A stretch of 64,000 bases of DNA, taken from assembly GCA_965205265.1 (NCBI GenBank), contig CBDBGH010000003.1, forward strand, positions 1,696,001 to 1,760,000, given 5' to 3'. The notes beneath the pieces were generated by a model. That model was not told the DNA's origin and did not search any database. It saw nothing but the letters and a program-made list of their open reading frames with translations. A program made the translations under genes and the position numbers. This document shows positions 60,201-64,000 of this stretch, one piece after another (within the stretch, counting starts at the first letter, position 1; each line of letters opens with the position of its first letter). This stretch comes from Alphaproteobacteria bacterium. Its GTDB lineage: Bacteria > Pseudomonadota > Alphaproteobacteria > Bin95.

Positions 60201-61860
60201 CGGCATTGGCGCGCACCCGGAGCCGCCGCACCCCGTCCGCCCATTCCATCAGCCGCGCGAACCCGCCGGTCACTTCCGGTTGGATGGTCGCGATCTCGCC
60301 CGCCATCACCTCGCCGGTGCCGCCGTCTATGGTGATCCGGTCTTCGGTCGTGAAGGTCCGCCCATTGGCGAGCATGACGCCGTCTTCGACATCGATCCGG
60401 ACTGCGCCCGCGCCTGAAACGCAGGCCCGCCCCATGCCGCGCGCGACCACCGCCGCATGGCTCGTCATGCCGCCGCGCGAGGTCAGGATGCCGCGCGCGG
60501 CGTGCATGCCGTGGATATCCTCGGGGCTGGTCTCGCTGCGCACCAGGATGACCGCCTCGCCATTCGCCGCCGCCTGCTCGGCGGCGTCGGCGGTGAAGAC
60601 GATCCGGCCGGACGCGGCGCCGGGCGAGGCCGGCAGGCCGCGCGCAATCACATCGCGCTCCGCCTCGGGGTCGAGTGTGGGATGCAGGAGTTGCTCCAGC
60701 GCCTGCGGCTCGATCCGCATGACCGCCTCTTCCGGCCCGATGGTCCCGTCCTCCACCAGATCGACGGCGATCTGCAGCGCGGCCTGGGCCGTGCGCTTGC
60801 CCGAGCGCGTCTGGAGCATCCAGAGCCGGCCGGTCTCGACCGTGAACTCGATGTCCTGCATATCGCGGAAATGACGCTCCAGCCGGTCGCGCATCTCCAT
60901 GAGCCGGGCGAACGCTTCCGGCATGGCGCGCTCCATCGGCGGCAGGCTCGAGCCGCGCGCCTCCGCTTCCGCCGCCGTCAGGCTTTGCGGCGTGCGGATG
61001 CCGGCCACCACGTCCTCGCCCTGGGCGTTGACCAGGTATTCCCCGTAAAGCGCATTCTCGCCGGTGGAGGGGTTGCGGGTGAAGGCGACGCCGGTGGCAC
61101 AGTCCGCGCCCATATTGCCGAACACCATGGCCTGCACATTGACGCCCGTGCCCCACTCCTCGGGGATGCCGTGCAGGCGGCGATAGGTCTGCGCGCGCGG
61201 CGTCTGCCAGCTTCGCATCACGGCGCCGATGGCCTCCCAAAGCTGGGCGCGCGGCTCCTGCGGGAAGGGCGCGCCGGTCTCCTCCAGCACGATCTCCTTG
61301 AAGCGGGCGACGAGGCCGCTCCAGTCATCGGCATCGAGATCGGCGTCGGCATCCACGCCTTTCTCGTCTTTCAGAATCTCGATTTCTTCCTCGAACAGCC
61401 CGCGGTCCACGCCGAGCGCCACATCGGCGAACATCTGCACGAAGCGGCGGTAACTGTCGAAAGCGAAGCGCCGGTCGCCGGAGCTCGCCGCCAGCGCCTC
61501 CACCGTCCGGTCGTTCAGGCCGAGATTGAGCACCGTGTCCATCATGCCGGGCATGGAGACCCTGGCGCCCGAGCGCACGGAAACCAGAAGCGGGTCCGCC
61601 TCGCCGCCGAAGCGCCTGCCGACGGCCGCTTCCACTTCCGCCAAAGCCGCCTCGACCTGCTCCTCCAGCCCCTCCGGATAGCGTTCGCCATCGGCATAGA
61701 AGCGGGTGCAAACCTCCGTGGTGACGGTGAAACCCGGCGGCACCGGCAGGCCGAGCCGCGCCATCTCCGCGAGATTGGCGCCCTTGCCGCCGAGCAGCGC
61801 GCTCATCTCCGCGCGCCCTTCGGTCCGCCCGCCCCCGAAGGCGTAAACCCAACGGGTCAT
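57267..61860 (-). CDS. ppdK: Pyruvate phosphate dikinase (exon 1 59209-61860, exon 2 57267-57278)
   Basis: LGGKGANL, GGMTSHAAVVAR, GIGLCRTEHMF, GTNDLTQ; splicing gives ...RKEG-DGG-stop. Confidence 0.95.
57279..59208 (-). mobile_element. Group II intron (about 1.93 kb, likely bacterial class E) inserted in the ppdK 3' end
   Basis: 5' GTGCG at 59208; domain V GAGCCGGATGCCTTAGCGGGCACGTCCGGATCT 57350-57318; DVI ending CCCTACCGCGAT at 57279. Confidence 0.93.
57335..58852 (-). CDS. ltrA: Group II intron reverse transcriptase/maturase (no obvious En domain)
   Basis: IPKPDGGTRPLG, SYGFRPGR, GTPQGSVISP, RYADD, FDFLGF; stop lies in domain V. Confidence 0.95.
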   Translation of the reverse strand: MMNGMEKSDSAIVAVKPANKGASASAEPVEPRAEPKGNPEGQSTRRTQNRESVSQAADRIRQFVQRERKVRLTTLLHHVTVDALRWAFFELKKNAAAGADGMTWRMYGKELEGRLADLHDRVHSGAYRATPSRRVNIPKPDGGTRPLGVAAIEDKIVQKVVAEIILTPIYEAEFLGFSYGFRPGRGAHNALDAIAVGIDKFKINWVVDCDIRKFFDTVSRDWLVRFLEHRIADKRVIRLIIKWLNAGVMEDGERRDDLRGTPQGSVISPILANVYLHYVLDLWFHKKWRSHEVYGDAIIVRYADDFVVGFQHKQDAERFLDALKERFGSFELELHPDKTRLIEFGRFAPRNRRRRGQGKPETFDFLGFTHYCTETRGGRFQLGRKPVAERMARTLKRIKEALCSRMHDNAEETARWLGKVLDGWLNYFAVPMSHRYLSRFASRLKRMWIAITRRRSQRDRFGWAQVDKLTTKYWPKVEIRHPWPNRRLAVSVYGNSATRGRSRMP

Positions 61861-61863
61861 CGA

Positions 61864-63915
61864 TCAGCCCTCTATCCGGGAGAAGTCCGCAACGCCTGCG
61901 GTCGCAGCCCGGATGCCGGCGAGCAGCCGGAGCCGGTTGGCCCGAAGCGCGGCGTCCGCTGCATTGACCGTCACCTCGTCGAAGAACCGGTCCACCGGCG
62001 CGCGCAATGTCGCCAGCGCCCGGGTCGCGGCGGAGAAGTCCTCAGCCTCGACCGCGCGGGAGGCCGCCGCGCCTGCCCTGCCCAGCGCCTCATGCAGGGC
62101 GCGTTCCGCCTCGACGGCAAAGGCGGACGGGTCGGCGTCGACGCCGTAGGAGGTGCTGTCCTTCTTCTCCTCTATGGCGAGGATGCTGCCGGCGCGCTTG
62201 TAGGCGGTCAGCAGGTTCGCGCCGTCCTCTTCGTCCACGAAGCGTTCGAGAAAGGCGACGCGGGCCATCAGCCGTGTCAGGTCGTCCTCATTGCCGAGCG
62301 CGAAGACGGCGGATACAAGGTCTTGCCTTGCGCCGCGCTCGCGCAGATGCGCCTTCAACCGGTCCTCGAAAAAGGCGAACAGCGTCTCGCCGCCCTCATC
62401 CGTTCCGTAGCTTTCCAGCGCCGCCGCAATCGCGGGACGCAGCGGCAGGCGCAGGCCGTTTTCCAGCACGATGCGCACGATGCCGAGTGCGGCGCGGCGG
62501 AGCGCGAACGGGTCGCGCGATCCCGTCGGGCGCTCGTCGATAGAGAAGAAGCCGGCCAGCGTGTCGAACTTGTCGGCGAGGGCGGCGACGATTGACACCG
62601 GATCGGCCGGCACCGAATCGCTAGGCCCCTGTGGCCTGTAGTGTTCTGCCAGCGCGTTGGCTATGTCGGCGCCCTGCCCCTCCTCTAACGCATAGTAGCG
62701 GCCCATGACGCCCTGCAATTCGGGGAACTCGCCGACCATCCCGGTCACGAGGTCGGCCTTGGCAAGACGCACCGCCTGGCGGCAGCGCGCAGCGTCGGCG
62801 CCGGGAACGAAGGGCGCCAGCTTGTCCGCCAGACGCTCCAGCCGCCGGACCTTGTCGCCCACGCTTCCCAGCTTTGCGTGAAACACCACCTTGTCGAGCG
62901 CCGGCAGGCGGTCTTCCAGCCGGCGCATCCGGTCCTGATCCCAGAAGAACCGGGCGTCGGCGAGACGCGCGCGCAGCACGCGCTCATTGCCGGCGCGGAC
63001 CGCCGCATTGCCGTCGGGCGCCTCAATATTGGCGACGAACAGGAAGCGCGGCGCGAGCCCGCCCGCCTCGTCCTCCACCGGGAAATAGCGCTGATGCGAC
63101 TCCATGCTCGTCATCAGCACTTCGGGCGGCAGTTCCAGAAAGGCCGGGTCGAAATCTCCGACGCCGGGCACCGGCCATTCGGTGAGGCCCGCATTCTCGG
63201 ACAGCAGGCGTTCCGAAAGGCGAACGCCCTCCGGCGCGCTCTCGCGGATACGCTGTACGCGTTCTTCTACATCGATCAGTACGAAGGCCGCCCGCAGCTT
63301 CGCCTCGTAATCCGCGAATCCGGTGACGGCGAACGGTTCCGGCGCCATGAAGCGATGGCCCTGCGTGCGATTCGAGAAATCGAGCCGCGCTTCCGTGCCG
63401 CCGATCTCGATGCCGCCGGGCAGCGCCTCGCCTCCGAAGACGGCCAGCACGTCCCGCAGCGGGCGCACATAGCGCATCGGCGCATCGCCCCAGCGCATGG
63501 ATTTCGGCCAGGCAAGACCGCCCACCGCATCCGCCACGATCTCCGCCAGCACTTCGCGCGCCGGACGGCCGGGCACGCGGCGCACGGCGAACCAGAACTC
63601 GGCCTTGCCCTGCTGCCGGCGCTCGCAGTCCTCCAGGCTTGCGAGGCCGGCCGCCTTCAGGAAGCCCTCGACAGCCCGGTCCGGCGCGCCGACGCGCGGG
63701 CCCTTGCGCTCCTCGATGCGGTCGGGCTGGCGCTCCGGCAGGCCCTCGACGACCAGCGCGATCCGGCGCGGGGTGGCGAAGGCGCGCGAGGCTCCGTGCG
63801 CGAGCTCCGCCTGCTTCAGCCCCTCCAGCACGAGGCATTCGAAATCGCGCCGCGCGCGGTCCTGCATCCGCGCCGGGATTTCCTCCGACAGCAATTCGAC
63901 GAGCAGTTCGCTCAT
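61864..63915 (-). CDS. glyS: Glycine-tRNA ligase beta subunit
   Basis: ELLSEEIPARMQ, WPKSMRWG, EFPELQG, PTGSRDPFALRR. Confidence 0.96.
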   Translation of the reverse strand: MSELLVELLSEEIPARMQDRARRDFECLVLEGLKQAELAHGASRAFATPRRIALVVEGLPERQPDRIEERKGPRVGAPDRAVEGFLKAAGLASLEDCERRQQGKAEFWFAVRRVPGRPAREVLAEIVADAVGGLAWPKSMRWGDAPMRYVRPLRDVLAVFGGEALPGGIEIGGTEARLDFSNRTQGHRFMAPEPFAVTGFADYEAKLRAAFVLIDVEERVQRIRESAPEGVRLSERLLSENAGLTEWPVPGVGDFDPAFLELPPEVLMTSMESHQRYFPVEDEAGGLAPRFLFVANIEAPDGNAAVRAGNERVLRARLADARFFWDQDRMRRLEDRLPALDKVVFHAKLGSVGDKVRRLERLADKLAPFVPGADAARCRQAVRLAKADLVTGMVGEFPELQGVMGRYYALEEGQGADIANALAEHYRPQGPSDSVPADPVSIVAALADKFDTLAGFFSIDERPTGSRDPFALRRAALGIVRIVLENGLRLPLRPAIAAALESYGTDEGGETLFAFFEDRLKAHLRERGARQDLVSAVFALGNEDDLTRLMARVAFLERFVDEEDGANLLTAYKRAGSILAIEEKKDSTSYGVDADPSAFAVEAERALHEALGRAGAAASRAVEAEDFSAATRALATLRAPVDRFFDEVTVNAADAALRANRLRLLAGIRAATAGVADFSRIEG

Positions 63916-64000
63916 AGCGCCGCCGCGTCCAGGTGGCCGCGCGAGCGGAGCCAGACGCCGGCCGAAGCGCGCGCGAGCGTCCTGACCCGCCCGATATAGG
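63912..64000 (-). CDS. glyQ: Glycine-tRNA ligase alpha subunit, C-terminal fragment
   Basis: YIGRVRTLARASA...; ATGA overlap with the glyS start. Confidence 0.85.
   Translation of the reverse strand, partial: YIGRVRTLARASAGVWLRSRGHLDAAAL

Overview
High-GC bacterial chromosomal window, inferred to be alphaproteobacterial from the ThyX, SdhCDAB, PpdK and GlyQS sequence types and the REP-like repeats. It mixes housekeeping genes (tRNA-Lys, thyX, msrB, sdhCDAB, ppdK, glyS/glyQ, gloA, maiA) with many catabolic and transport genes: CoA transferase and ligase, aconitase X, DUF3604, a Dpp-type ABC transporter with D-carbamoylase, GMC oxidoreductase, HpaB-like oxygenase with paired acyl-CoA dehydrogenases, and hydantoinase A/B. 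Mobile DNA comprises a full-length group II intron (57279-59208) inserted three codons before the ppdK stop, an IS630 with a -1 frameshift site, and MITE/REP-like palindromic elements. All three toxin-antitoxin loci appear to have lost or damaged their toxin. Top leads: (1) ThyX carries a 32-aa insertion containing a perfect beta-clamp-binding motif QLDLF, suggesting replisome-tethered dTMP synthesis; (2) the ppdK intron, whose splicing restores the native C-terminus and whose EBS1 reads a Shine-Dalgarno-like target; (3) an orphan terminase-small-subunit-like gene ending in three CATGACA repeats phased at 10 bp; (4) a split aconitase X with altered catalytic motifs. All family assignments come from motif recognition by eye; no database searches were run.
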